A stretch of DNA of 61,325 nt, filler included, from Rhabdomonas costata (Eukaryota): NCBI GenBank assembly GCA_019059605.1. It is 15 parts of 15 records of this genome, joined end to end, with 100 filler letters (N's around TTAATTAATTAA, not from the genome) between each part and the next. Parts side by side here need not be neighbours in the genome. Positions count along the whole stretch, not along the records: positions 1 to 4,006 come from JAHMHO010000409.1; positions 4,107 to 8,113 come from JAHMHO010000410.1; positions 8,214 to 12,254 come from JAHMHO010000411.1; positions 12,355 to 16,350 come from JAHMHO010000412.1; 11 more parts are not named here. One strand, 5' to 3'. A model generated the notes under the pieces. It saw nothing but the letters and a program-made list of their open reading frames with translations, had not been told where the DNA came from and made no database searches. Position numbers and translations under genes: made by a program. Positions 1 to 12,998 of the stretch are shown piece after piece; the stretch's first letter is position 1, and every line of letters begins with the position of its first letter.

Positions 1-48
1 GGTTGTGTGGTTGTCGACCGGGATGTGCTGGTATGTGTCGGGACTCAG

Positions 49-3000
49 ATTGAGGCGGCGAAGAAGAAGCTGGCGCCGTTCGGCAACCAGGAGGCTCTGT
101 TCAAGGCCTGCCAGGTGCTGCGGAAGCAGAAGGATGAGGAGCAGCTCCTGTTGGACCGCATGAACGAGCAGCTCGCGCTCAGCAAGCTCGCCGACCAAAG
201 GTCCTCCTCTCGCCTCCACCGCCTCACCCCATCGTTTGCACGGGGTCCGGTTTGAAGCTCTGAAGACGAGTCACATGCACACATGCACACCTACACCTGC
301 TACAACGGGCTGCCCCTTCTCTTCCACACACTCCCAGAACGGCTCAGGCGATCCAGAAGCAGGGAGAGATGAAAAAGTTCTCTGGGGACCTTGACGTGGA
401 GAAGCTGCTGCGCAGCCTTTCCGATGAGAATGCCCTGCTGTCCCTGATGCTTACCGACAAGCTCCCCCAGGAGATTTCGCAGTGTCGGGTAAGGCCTTCT
501 CCCTTTTGTAACGTGGTTGGCAGCTTCATCCTCCCGCCTATACTCAGTCACTCGTAATTGCCCACTCACGCACCCAAAACGCGTTCCAGGGGGTAAGGTT
601 GGAAAATTGAAATGAACAAAAGGACCGGTCACTCAGCGTTGAGGCCTGCTATATATGCAAAAGACCCCATGCCTGCTTCGGCTTAGCCCTCTCACCAGGG
701 TGTAGTAAAGCAAGAGCAATCGATTCGAATGTTATGCAGGTTTAGCCCGGGACTGGCATGAGGGCAGTGGTGCTGCAACGCGGAGAATACAAAGGGAGGA
801 AGGAGGGAGAGGGTGCAGCCAGCACTCTTTACGTGAAAAAATCTGGGAAATGTGGAAGCAGTTTGTTTCCCGCGCATGCTCGGACCATTAGAGAATTCAC
901 ATGACTTTTGACGAATGCCCCTTTCGTATGTCTCCATCACCTCACAGCTTCAATGCGAGGCCCTAGAAAAGATCTCCTCGACCTCCACGGAATCGTTGAA
1001 CAAGGCGGTGTACCAGCTGGAGAAGGACATCCAGGAGATCGAAGACAAGTCCAGGCCCAAGCTCAGCCCCTCAGAGGAGCAGTCACTGGGCCTTTTCCGC
1101 CAGCAGGTCTCCGCGTCTGCACCTTTGTATCGAAAGGCAGGGTGAGGGAATAATGGGGACTCTCCGGAAAGTGGTTCAGCTTGCTCCCTGTCTCAGCATG
1201 GTGGAAGCGCTTAGTGCACCTGTCCGTCGCACAGTAATAAATTCTTTGAGCTCGTCTCCTGCCGTACATTGTTGCTTTTCTCCATGTTCCTGCGGCCAGT
1301 AGTATCATTTTCTTTTTATGTCCATTCGTTCCAAACATACAAACGTTTGAGCAAGCGCCTTCACGCTGTTGGCTGTTTGCAAAGGGGTCACTCGCACAAA
1401 AACGTTCCGGCTGCGGGGCATGGACAGTGTTGGATTTGTTTCATAGCTTGCTGTGAGTGTGCCCTAGTGTGCCCTGCAATGGGCGGGCACCAAAAGGTTT
1501 CAAATATCCCCCGGGAAGGGTGAAGGAGCCAGGTTGAGTTCCGTTTGGAGGATGGATTCCAACCTTGTCCTAATCTTCCTTCGCAACTGGTAGTTCAACA
1601 ACTCTGCAGGTCGCTTGTTCTTAAATGTGTGGTTAATTGCGCAGGCAGCAGTGGTGGCATCGCGGAAAGAGAAGTTCAAGGATGAGCTCAAGGCGCTGAA
1701 GGACCAGCGCCAGAAGTTCCAGGATGCCCTCTCGAAGCGCCAGGTGGAGCTCTCGCAGCACCACGGCTCGAAGATCTTGCGAGGGGAGGTTTGCATTCCC
1801 TCCAACCCCAACCTCGCTGCATTGTGCTCAGGGAAGATCAGCGATGGTCCCACGCGCCTCTATCTTCCTAACTCCTTGTTGCTCAGCAGGGCCCTCTCAG
1901 CGCAGCGCCTCAGAATGGGCGGTGTCCCAATGCGTGTGCACATCTCCTCCGTATGCGGGTCGCAGTGTGTGTACAGTACGCCCTCTTGGTAGCCGGGTTT
2001 CAGTGAGTTTGCGTTCTGTAGAGCGCAAATTTCGGGTGCCGGCTCCCCCTCCCCCTGAGAGTCTGGAGTTTGTGCGCGGTGGACTTTTCCTCCTATTCGA
2101 AAGCGCAGCTCTGCTCACTCTGGCTAAGCCACCCAGAGTTTTATAGCTGGGATGCCGTTAATTAGCCTTGCCTTGCGTTTCTTCATTGTCTTTGAGGTGC
2201 CCAAGTGCGCAGCTTCTTACCTTGCCTTTGTTTTGCATCCCACTGTTGCCCCGGTGAATACTGCCGGTCCTCTTCTTTTTCAGTGCCGTTGTAAATCAGT
2301 TCTTTCTTTCCACCCAAACTGTCAACACTTTTTTGCTGTGATCTAGCGAATGTATTGTCTTCTCAGCGGTTATGCCGCTGATTCGATGTATCTGCCTGAC
2401 ATCTAAGTTTTGTCTCCCGTGACACCCGGAAAACGGACACAACAACAACGTCCGCTGCCGCCAAAACCCCAACGCTCAAAAAAAACAGGATCAGGAGCTG
2501 AATTCATACCCGTCTTTCCATATGGTGAGGTCGCGGCAAGGACTGCTTCCTTGGGTGAGAGACTTCTAAAAAACACTGCAAAAGTCACACTCCTGCCAAC
2601 TTGAGACTTTCACACCTGCCCTGCTGTATACACCCTTCCCGGCTCTGCAGGAGTTTAAGCAGTACGCGAACTCCTTGCGCGGAAAGTCCACACAGTACAA
2701 AAAGCTGAAGTCGGAGCTGCAGGAGCTGCGCACCGAGCTGGGTGTGGTGCAGCGCACTGAGGACATCCTCTCCCAACGCTCAGCCAGCCTGGACAGCTCG
2801 ATCGCCGCCGTGGAGAAGATGAAGGGCATCACGGGTGTGTGTCCGTCTGTATGTCCGCTGATAGGAAGAGGGGAGTTTAGCCGTTACCTCAAAACTTGCG
2901 GCAAGGAGGCGGGAGAACCCATGAGATCTTCAAACGAACCTGTGCCTTGTGCAAGTAGTGTGTATGCGCGCGGTTGTGTTGGAGAAGATGGACAATGTTC

Positions 3001-3650
3001 TTGGCAGTAATGCAGCTGTGTTTTATACTACCTTTCTGTTTGTTGGCTCCTAGGTCAGAAGCTGCTGGTGACTTGATGAGGAAGGAAGAATTCTATGTTT
3101 TCCATCCACCGACCACTTGTGTATTCCAATCACAATATCAACCTGGTCTCTGAGGACCAGGGTCCTTACATACACTCTCACTGTCAACAGGCGGTGGTGA
3201 AGAAATTACAAACCGTAGAAGTCGTGCCTCCCAAAAAGCGCAAAAAGCACTTGTGACAGGCATCTAAAGGAGGGTCGGTCTTTCGACTTTCATACATCCA
3301 CCGTTGGGGGGAGGGGGTGCTTTTCCCGTGTATCCATTTGGTTGGCAAACGCGATTACATTGGAGCTGGCTTTTGCTTTCTTTTCCTTCACTCGAGAGTA
3401 GCGAAGTTAATTCGGACGAATACTTGTCAAAGAACAATTTAACAAAGAATGTATGATGTTGCCACAGTATAAACCTGCGCTAGTTCTCTTCATCTCAAGT
3501 TGACGACTTTGAAAGAATCCATATGTCGACACTCCTTCCGGAACCACCTTCACCCTCCTTTGCTCAGGTTTCCGTAGCATGAAGGACAACCTCGCCCTGG
3601 TGTCCGAGAACAAGGCAGAGATCGATGAAGCAAAGAATCAAACCCTTGAG
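49..3650 (+). CDS. IFT81: Intraflagellar transport protein 81, internal fragment; exons 49-200, 338-488, 948-1106, 1645-1788, 2651-2834, 3568-3650
   Basis: Five GT-AG introns join in phase to give a coiled-coil protein: ...LGLFRQQ|AAVVASRKEK...KILRGE|EFKQYANSLRGKSTQYKKLKSELQELRTELGVVQRTEDIL...KGITG|FRSMKDNLALVSENKAEIDEAKNQTLE. This matches the conserved IFT81 motifs as I recall them. The last exon appears to end at a GC donor (gag|gctcgc). Confidence 0.9.
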
Positions 3651-4006
3651 GCTCGCTAACCCTGGCACCCGCTCCCTCTTTCTCTTTCTTTATCTCTTGT
3701 TGTCTGTCTCTCTAGGGATCGGAAGTCGAAAACACCAACAAGAACACCAAGTTGCGCATTATCCTCTCATCAGCTGTACCGCCGAGTGTCATTCTAAGCC
3801 GGTCTTATGACAGCTACGTACGAGTTCAACAAGCCTGTGGTCTCGGAAATGGTGAAGCGCTGCCACAAGGCCAATAGCGAAGCCTAGTTTCATCGATAAC
3901 GTGGCGCAGAATCACGACCTTTGGTCTTCTCAGAGGTCCAGAGTCTGGTACTGCAGGCTAACCTTAGGGCAAACCTTTTAGCCGATTCTGGCGGGGGTCA
4001 GGGGTA

Positions 4007-4106
4007 NNNNNNNNNNNNNNNNNNNNNNNNNNNNNNNNNNNNNNNNNNNNTTAATTAATTAANNNNNNNNNNNNNNNNNNNNNNNNNNNNNNNNNNNNNN
4101 NNNNNN
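4007..4106. other. Artificial contig spacer (N44-TTAATTAATTAA-N44); first of 14
   Basis: The same 100-nt spacer, with stops in all six frames, recurs at 8114, 12255, 16351, 20452, 24554, 28644, 32763, 36853, 40940, 45022, 49107, 53184 and 57258. It separates ~4-kb contigs. Confidence 0.98.
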
Positions 4107-4600
4107 ATGAGGGTGGTGGCACTGTGCTTGGCGCTTGAACTACGTAGGTGACTTGCGGCGCGGGGCGTGGATCTCGGAAGAACTTCAAGGCGATCTCATA
4201 GGCCGCTTCGAGCGTCTGAGGGTTCCGTTTTGCGACCTTGTTGTGCCATCCAGCTTTCCAGCATTTGGATGTACAAAAAGATAATGTGGGGGTCCGGTAG
4301 GAATCAGGGAGACACTCGACCGTGGTTTTGAATTTGGCCGGCGCGATGGGAAAGTCGCCGTTTTGCATAGGCCGCGGCCTCCGGGTAAGGGGCGGGCACC
4401 ACCACAACTTTATGCAGAACCGGCTAAAGGGGATAATAACGGGTACCTCGTGGATGGGAAATATGGAAATTTACCCTGGGCCTGGTGCACAGTCCAACGA
4501 GCGTTACCACTTGACCCCTACGGCTCCTGAAAGCTTGCCAGTTCTCACCACCTTGACACTCCCACCTTGCTTTCTCTTTCACGTGTGTTTGTATGTCGTT
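4107..4600 (-). mobile_element. Decayed LTR-retrotransposon gag-like fragment
   Basis: Frameshifted segments GGENWQAFR and NKVAKRNPQTLEAAYEIALK followed by a Pro-rich tail resemble Ty3/gypsy gag (PxTLxxAxxxA). Truncated by the contig edge. Confidence 0.5.
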
Positions 4601-4798
4601 CCACTTTATTGGTGTATCTCTGTGTTGTTGCTGCTTCCACTGCACGTCCGGAATTAGATATTTTCTTGTTGTGTAGCTGCCCTCTCGTACCACACAGGAA
4701 AACAGGCGATCATTGTGCATCCCTACCTTTTTCCCTTTCCATTCCTTTTATTTGCTGTTACCTTTTCATTCATTTTTCCTTGTGTGTGCTTTTTCTAG

Positions 4799-5007
4799 GC
4801 CAAAGTTTTGCCCCACCAGTTCAGCAAGCTTAACGATGACGTCTTCTTCCTAAACGCCACGGACTTTTGAGCTCCACGGCCCATGCCTCCGTCCCCCAAG
4901 GAGACGCTGAACCCCGCCCGCCAGCCAGCCCTGGTTCCGCGGAGCCCCGCCTACTTGGTAGGTTACCGCCGTGAAACTCAGGATGCCCACCTGCCTGAGA
5001 GCTCGCA
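4799..5007 (+). pseudogene. Isolated exon-like segment with one in-frame TGA
   Basis: Polypyrimidine tract and tag| acceptor, GC3-rich codons AKVLPHQFSKLNDDVFFLNATDF*APRPMPPSPKETLNPARQPALVPRSPAYL..., and a |gtatgt donor. The TGA is at 4868-4870. Confidence 0.3.
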
Positions 5008-8000
5008 GTATGTCATTTACACAGACTAATGCCCTTCATTCCCCTCATCAATCTTACAAAGTTCCTTTACCATTACCATCCAGCTAGTCATTATTGTCTT
5101 CTTTTGACTTCACCATCATGGATTCACCCATTTTGACATCATCCACACCCTTCACACAAACACTTCATCCATCGTCTTTTCAACTTCAACTGTGCCCCCA
5201 CCCCCTTCGCTGCCACATTCATTATCGGGGCTTTGGCTCACACTTGCACCTGGTAAGGGAGGGTGTTGTGGCCGCTCAGAACACAGAACTCATTCTCAAG
5301 CACTGTTAAGTCTGCATCTCATATCATATTGTGCACTCCCATAAAGCATCCTTATTACCCATTGGCTTCTGCCCAAACAAAAACCCCTTTTGGATCAGAT
5401 CGTGCCTTCAACCAGTTCCTCCCAAAATTCTATCGATTTTGCTTACATATTTCCCATTCACCCCCTTTCCCACGAAATCCTCTTTTCCTGTTGTGCCCCA
5501 TAACAAGTCCCATTCTCCTCCACTCCCGTCGAATTTTATGGCCGATTCTCTCGCTTATTCTTCCCTCATCCATATTGTGGGCAAAATCATGACTGGGCGA
5601 CCAACTACCATTGACACAACACAGTTATTTTTACAGGCTGTTATTTTCCTCACACTCGTGCTGCGCAGTGACCTCAAATCGCACCTTGGTTCGAGTCACC
5701 TTGCGTTACATTGCGCTTCTCATCCCCTCATCCCATTGTAGCCCCTGTTTTGTACAGTATTGCGTGTTTCCCCTGACTGGCTTTAGGTTTATTAAAAATG
5801 CAAGTCTACCGCTGAAATGTCGTAAATTTCCTACCGTGTTTTTCAAATTAATCGTCAGGATTTAGAATCAATCTCCATCAAAGCTTTTACTTTTCTGAGA
5901 ATTTTCCAATGCTTTACTTGTAAATTCCATCTTGGCTTTCTTTTACCTCTTTCTGAGCTTCCAAAAATCCCAACCGCCAACCGAAGTCTCGGAATCGGGC
6001 GGCGTGCTTTTCTTTCCTGTTGGTCCCTTCTCCTTCTTTCGATCTTCCTGTGTTGAACTTACCGTGTGAACTGTGATTCCCTACCGGTGAAAGTTTCCAT
6101 CGATCATTCAGGTGTTCAGTGGAAGAGAGAAAGTAAACTGGGATCATACCCAGAAGAAGGTCTCGGTTAACTAAAATCAAAAGAGTAAAACCCAAGAGTT
6201 GATCATGGAGACCGGACTCTAACACCTACCCACACATGTGTGCCTCAATTTCTGACGCCGCCCTCATTGTGACGTCGGTAAGGACGTTGGTTTGCCGGCA
6301 GTGTTGCGAAATATTTGGGATTTTGTTGTCGTAATCCCCGGCACAGGCATCACTGGAGCCAATTGTTTTGCAACAAATGTCTGCAAATTCCACCGGGTTG
6401 GCACAGCCATCGGCGAAGCTGCCGCCCAGCAGAGCCAAGGGGCTGTCCCTGGCAACAGGGGAACGGGGAACGCAAGGTAAGGAAGGAGCCCGCCATTGAA
6501 AACGGCGCGGTGCTTGGGCTATGTGCTGGTTGGTTCTATCCACCGGCCTGGACCTGGCAGTTCATTGTCGCGTGCGCCTGGACACCGTCCGCCCATCCCC
6601 AACAAGAAAATCGCAGGAAAGAACTACCAGGTGGAGGGGTTTTGTTACCGGTCCTTCCAGCTTCGGGCCGTTCCTTCAAACACTGTGACCCCCGATTTGT
6701 TTCCCCAACTTTCCGCCGCACCGCCTGACGGGCAACGTAGGGAAAAATTACCAAATGATCCTTCCATTTTTCCCTTGGCTCTTTCCTGGCATTGCAGCCG
6801 TTGGGCGCGTCGCCGTTCGTGAACACCTCCTTAATTTTGCGCCTGCTTTATCTTCAGTCCACGCTTAATAATCGGGTCTCTGTGTCTTCAAGTCGTTTCC
6901 GCGCCGCCAGCGTCGGAACATACCACCACAGCGGTCTTCCGAGCGACAACTCGGTGAAGAACCGGACCAAATGCTCGAAGTCGAAACCACTGCGCACGGA
7001 AAAGGCGTGCTAGAAGAGAAAAGACGCCAAAAAACTGCCTCAAATGTCAGGTCGCGAACCGTCGATGCGCAAGATCACCGGAAATGGCACACCCACACAA
7101 AAATAAACGATACCAGCGTGGAGGCCTGTACGCAGGATGGTATTAATCCGCGTGGGCCGCCGACGCTTGTGGCAGGTTACACCATGCGCACTGCACGGCG
7201 GGATGCGGGACCAAGGAGATTCAGCTGATCCAACCGAAGACGACGATTTGGAGGCCATGGGCATCAACTTTTCCGCGCCGGAACTCCCGGTAGCCGATGG
7301 TGGAGTATCCATTTTGCAACACGCGCTCCCACCCCAGAGACACCAACCGCCCCCGCTACCATACCCATTCGCTGTCAAAGGACATCGCCACTGACGCTTC
7401 CATTCGCCGCGGTGCCTGTTCCGTGTGCCTTTGCGCATCCTCCCGCCAAGGGGACCCGCCATCATTGAGCGGACCTGCGCCGCCCTATACACTGGGGACA
7501 TCCAGGCGCTGCGTCACCAGCTGGGCTTTCCCATTCTGGAGGTCGCCCTGTAAGACCCTAAGTTCCCGCTCCAGCTGCGTGTCCATCCCGACCACCTAAG
7601 CGATCCAACATAAGGGCACAACCGCGCACAGCCACCCGCACTGGAGAGGAAATGAAGCAAAGGAGGCGACCTCCCGAAGCATTCACGCCTAAGTGGAAGT
7701 ACGCAGCACCACCCACCCCAACACATGCCCGCATTCACCATTCCACGCTTCCAGCCGGCAGCTTTTTCTGTCACACGGCCGCCATCCACCACGGAATATT
7801 CTGCATTGTTTCTGCTTTTGCTTCAGGACGACATGCACATTGTTTTCTTTCGGGAGCCCCATTGTAAAAGCTGGTGCTCTGTCTTGGCGTGACTGTGTTT
7901 CTGCATTGTCTGCATTGCCTCTGTGTGTGGTGTTATCCGCTTACGTTGCCTTTTTGTGCGTTGGTTTTTTTCGCTTGAGATTTGCGGATTTTTTCACGCT

Positions 8001-8269
8001 CCACGCGCCACATTTTTATGCCATTCTCTGTGACTTGGTCCGCTTCCTTCGGAACCTGTGTCACCGATGTTTTTCCACAAATCCATAAATTTGGTGCCCT
8101 GTGGTATTGAATGNNNNNNNNNNNNNNNNNNNNNNNNNNNNNNNNNNNNNNNNNNNNTTAATTAATTAANNNNNNNNNNNNNNNNNNNNNNNNNNNNNNN
8201 NNNNNNNNNNNNNTGTGTTGGGTTTTACTCATTGAACGGTACAGTTCTCCCGTCCTGAAACTGTGTGAT

Positions 8270-9420
8270 TCATGAAAATGTAGTTGGTGCTGACTGCCCA
8301 TCTCTCGACCTGATTTCCTGGCAATCCTCCATGAAATGGTCTGGTGAACCGCAGTAAAAACACCTCAGAGCCCCTCGCTGCACCGTATCGTCCAACGGTA
8401 ATTGTGCAAACGGGATTCTCACTTCCATCCTGACGGTATTTGTTGTCGCCAATGATCTCGGCGAGTTGGAACTGTGTCCCACCACCGGTCTACCACCTAC
8501 TCTTGGTCTTTCGTAACTGGTGAAATGGTTCTGTGGAATCTTCTCTTTATCTGCTCAAAAAGCTTCCCCCCCTGGGGTACACTCTGGTCGGTCGGTATGG
8601 GGGTCTAGGTGACGGGTCCTAACTGCGTTGGCTTGCGGCTCTCTACGTTCCACAAACAGTACTCCTCTGGGCGGCGACGCGATCGCCTCCAGCAAAGTTC
8701 CTGACGTCATGGCGTCCCACCACACGTCAACTGAAACCCAACTCAGCCCTCTTGCATTGACCACCCACACACTCTCTGAACCGTGTGATTGAATTTGAGC
8801 GTCTGGTTTGTCAAAGTACCGCGCCACTGCAAACGGCGAGTTGCCGTATATCAATGGAATCTCCATTCATGTCGGTTTTGCTGCCGCTTTCTCTGTTGGC
8901 GGCGCGACAACAATGAACTTGGGTGGGGCTATGGGTTTACTGTGGAACTCCCAGGCCGCGTCAACGTTTTCCTGCAACTCAACAGATTTTTCGTCATCAG
9001 CTCTGCCTGCATGTCTGTCTCCAACCCTTGAATGAAAGCGTACCTCAAGTTCATCGTGAACAAAAGGACAACATCTCAGTAGCTTGGCTCCCAGTGTGAA
9101 CTGGGACACGAAAAACTGAAACTTTCCGTCAACTCTCAGCTTATTCAATCTCCTCAAAATGTTGCACTCAAAAGTGTCTGAACAAAACCTGGTCTTTAAG
9201 TAAGCTACAAAAGCTTCCCAGGTCTCAAATGTCTGAGCGTCCCCCACTGTGACTCTGGCGTGCGGTCCCATCGCTTCAACCACAAATGTGATTTCAACCT
9301 GATTAGGAAGACGCTGGTTCATCTCTTTCTCCTCCACCGTGATTACCCACGGCATCAAATTCTCTGGGTTACCATCGTATGGCGTGAACTCTGTGTCCCG
9401 TTACTGCAAATTTCTCAGTG
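8270..9420 (-). mobile_element. Ty3/gypsy-type gag with CCHC zinc knuckle, disrupted
   Basis: Retrotrans_gag-like FETWEAFVAYLKTRFCSD...LRRLNKLRV (ORF 8867-9358) and knuckle CFYCGSPDHFMEDC (ORF 8270-8485), broken by stops and frameshifts. Confidence 0.8.
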
Positions 9421-10587
9421 CTACTGTCTCTCTACATGCACACACTGTGTTCTCACTCTCTGACAACTTGTAAAGAGCTCTTGTCATCACTTGTGTTGTC
9501 GCCACCTGATTCTGATTCATCAATCGCAAGGCCCCTGCAAACTGCACCAGCAATTCTCCAGCCCCATCGGCTCTCTTGGCGCTGGACCCACCAGTGGAAC
9601 AGGCAGGACCGTTGCCATCTCTTGGACGAAGGCGGTGCCCCCTTTGTGGGTCTGGCTCAGTCCCGGCTCAATCATTCTTTTTTCAAACAAACAAGAGCAA
9701 AATTTACCACTGTAATCAATGTCAGTGCTCCAAACTAACAACACCCTTGAATAACCTTTGCTTACCACGTGACAACGTGGCATATTTCCTTGACGCTGTG
9801 GGAAATCCTTTGATACCACGTGTCAGTGGTAGCACAATCAAAACTTCACCCCACCAAAACCTAAACCTCTTCCACTACGTCTCAGACAGCACGGTGGGCT
9901 CGGAAAAATTACGTGGCTCTTGCGACTTCCACGCGTAGCCCACTCAATCCGCTCCACTCCGTGGTCCCTCCAGACAAAGCTTTCGCTTTGTGAGCGCTGT
10001 CAACTCAACTAGGTGAAATTCCCCAGCTTTGGTCTCGCTTTCGCCTAGGGCCTGGTAGAGACTGGCCGCAACCACGACACGCAGCTGCCCAAGCCTATGG
10101 ACTCTTGGTCAACTACTCTCTGTCGCAACCTGACATTCCGCCACAACCTCACCGTCGCTTCTCAAACTCCTCCGAAGGGGACTTAACCACCTTATCTCCG
10201 CTATTTGCCTTAGTACGCCAAACTCCCCGACCGACTTGCCCGCTTCGCTTCTCGCACCTCTACTCACCTCGAAGGGGGCTTGACCGCCTTCGCTTCGACC
10301 CGAAACACTCGAAATGGGACTAAACCGCCTTCCCATTTACAACCCCGCTTGCTCGCGCACCTGGCGCTTCACACTTCTGAGGACTTCGACGCTTGATGGG
10401 ACTAATTCGTCGGGGGGTGGTCTTCTGCCTCATTGCTTCGCCAAACTTGGAGGGGGGACTTGGGGTGAAATGGGCCGCCTACTGTCCAGTAGCAATTCCA
10501 GTGCTACTATACCTCCAAAATGTCCTCTTACATCCTTCCTCTTTGGCTTCAAAGGGAGCGGCGGCACAACCAACAAATCCCACCCCA

Positions 10588-10780
10588 CACGTCCACACAG
10601 ATTGTCCCAAAAACTCGCAAAAACACACCAAATCCACCTGCACTTCTTTGATANNNNNNNNNNNNNNNNNNNNNNNNNNNNNNNNNNNNNNNNNNNNNNN
10701 NNNNNNNNNNNNNNCACGTCCACACAGATTGTCCCAAAAACTCGCAAAAACACACCAAATCCACCTGCACTTCTTTGATA
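10588..10780. repeat. 66-bp direct repeat flanking an N gap (scaffolding overlap)
   Basis: 10588-10653 is identical to 10715-10780, separated by Ns at 10654-10714. Confidence 0.85.
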
Positions 10781-11098
10781 TAAGAAAAACGGGCCACCTA
10801 TTGGATTCCTGGCGCTCACTCCTTTTTAGTCTGTCGGGTTTTCCTTCCTCGCTCCTCTCTATCTCTCTTGCTGCTTGATTATGCTTGACTTTCTTGACAT
10901 CCTTTGCTTGTCGGCGGCCTTGTTCTTGATGGGCTTCTTCGTCTCGCTGGCATGCCGTTGTTCTCCTTCTGGATCATGACACACCCTGCTGTAATCGTTT
11001 ACTCGATCGTACCTCCGATTGTTTCTCCGGTGAAACCCCAGTGACTCCTGACTTGGGTTTCTTTCACCACACAATGCGCGCTTCCCGCTTTTCGCTCT

Positions 11099-12000
11099 TT
11101 ATCTTCCGTCGTCAAATCGCGGCTCAAAAACAGCCCCTGCCCGTCTCCTGATCACTGTCAATGAGTCGATCTTATGATCTGTCTGTATCGAAGGGGGGTT
11201 CCATTGGCACCTTCTCTGGAAGGAGATTGGCAAACTCCTTGTTAATCTCCAGTATCTCCGGTGGTACGGGGTACACCTCACAGTCTGATCCACATACCGT
11301 GTGATCAACTTCCTTGATTAACTTTTCCACCGCTTTCCGAGGCGAATTCTTCAACTCCGTTCTAAATTTTCAGTCTGGTTCCTGTGCTATCTCTAACGCT
11401 CTCTGATCCTGTGCTGTGGGCTTTCTTTCCTCCAATTCCTTTGGTTTGTCACTGTCCCTTAAGCCTGAGCGCACAGAAGAGTCTTTTGGATCGTATTTCT
11501 CCCCTGCTAAAGCTGGAACTTCATCCACCAGCGTTGCCAATATTGCTGCTCTCCGCCCAGTGCCACTTTTTACCGGCGGTCAGGAAATGCGAAACGACTC
11601 TGCATCTTGGAGTGCCTGTATCTCAAAGACTTTCTCTTTCCGCTCAACTCTGACCAATCGCCTTTTCCAGTCCACAAACGGCTGCACCAGCACCAAGAAC
11701 TGGTAGACACCACAATGTGAATTGTAGTCTTTATTACACTCAAAAACAACTTGACGTGACAAAATGTCACAGCCAGCCCTTCACTTTGGCCACTTTAACA
11801 TTCAGCGGTTGCTTCAAAGGAAATTGCTGCAACCCCAACTCCCTCACCACAGCCAACCTCACAAAAGAGTCTTACGCCCCCGAATCCAGGAGTTCTCTCA
11901 CCTGCTTCTGTCCCACAACCATTGGCAAGAAAATCAAGGGTTGGTGGGGCGGCATGTCCTTCAAGTTCTCTAAGAACCCGTACCCCTCTGGGTCCATCCT
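11099..12000 (-). mobile_element. Decayed LTR-retrotransposon pol: retropepsin and pre-RT region
   Basis: Aspartyl protease motif VRELLDSGA*DSFV, then EILEINKEFANLLPEKVP..PP and DHKID, which are typical of the gypsy protease-RT linker. Multiple stops. Confidence 0.7.
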
Positions 12001-12998
12001 TTCAAACTGAAAGGCAAACAGAGGGTCTTCTCTCAACGCGTCTTTTCGCGTCCCTCGTCTCCTCACTGCCCCACTGCTAGACTCCAAGCTAAGCTCTTCG
12101 ACTCGCGAATCTCCCCTTTGCGCTCTTTACAATGTCGGCCACGTACGACATCCGTCCTTGGACACTTTTCTGCAGTACACTCTCTTTCACTCTAGGCCTC
12201 AACCATCAACAAGGAGCCCCCTTCGTCTGGAACATTTTTCTGAAGTGACTCTTTNNNNNNNNNNNNNNNNNNNNNNNNNNNNNNNNNNNNNNNNNNNNTT
12301 AATTAATTAANNNNNNNNNNNNNNNNNNNNNNNNNNNNNNNNNNNNNNNNNNNNGGTTTTTGGGTCCTTAGCGGAGTAAACCCGGGGCCCGGCGTGGTCT
12401 ATTCTTGTGTCCCTTCGTTGGGACTTCGTTGGGACAGGGATGACTATAGACCAACTTGTGATTAAAGTGTGGTTTGATGACCACGTCAAACCCCTTCATT
12501 TCGTTGCTAGACCCCCTCAGCTGCTGGCTTGGGCGAGCAGCGTCCTTACTTGTTTTTATTTACGATGTAAACGGAAATGCACATTTCAAGCATGTTCCGG
12601 AGATTCTTGAACGCCAAAAAGAAAAAGAACGTCAAAAAACCTTGCAGCGGTAAAATCGAGTTCACCGATGTGATTCCCATGAAACGCGCGGGTTCCATCA
12701 CCAGTCTGTGGCATGAAGATGAGGTGGACTGTGCTGTCTTGTGTGCTTTCCTTGGGAACGAAAAACGATTGTTTGAAGAAGTTCGGGACAAAGCAGAGGA
12801 GCCGGGATTTCCGCATACCTGCAGATCTATCAACAGCTGACACCTATCTTGGAAAGGTTGGAAACCAGCAGCGGTATCCAGCGGTGTTTCTGAGCTGTGA
12901 CTTCGCTCGCCTTGTTCACTCATGCCTGGCCACCCTTTCAGGATTATTTTGCCTTCGTGCTGTTCGCCATGGTTGGTGGGCTTGATCTGTTCTTTCAG

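Noticed and set aside
3808-3888. VSEMVKRCHK resembles the next IFT81 residues
   Set aside because: No suitable in-phase acceptor and a stop follows within a few codons, so it is probably coincidental.
4051-4062. Regularly spaced TTAATTAATTAA palindromes, resembling a repeat array
   Set aside because: Always embedded in N runs. This is an artificial six-frame-stop linker, not CRISPR or biology, and gene neighbourhoods across linkers are meaningless.
6051-6223. Possible solo LTR (TGTT...AACA)
   Set aside because: No target-site duplication or second copy is visible.
6226-8088. Cluster of overlapping short ORFs
   Set aside because: No motifs, internal stops and no consistent splice signals. 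Likely decayed repeat sequence or ORF-finder noise, as are most ORFs in the supplied track.
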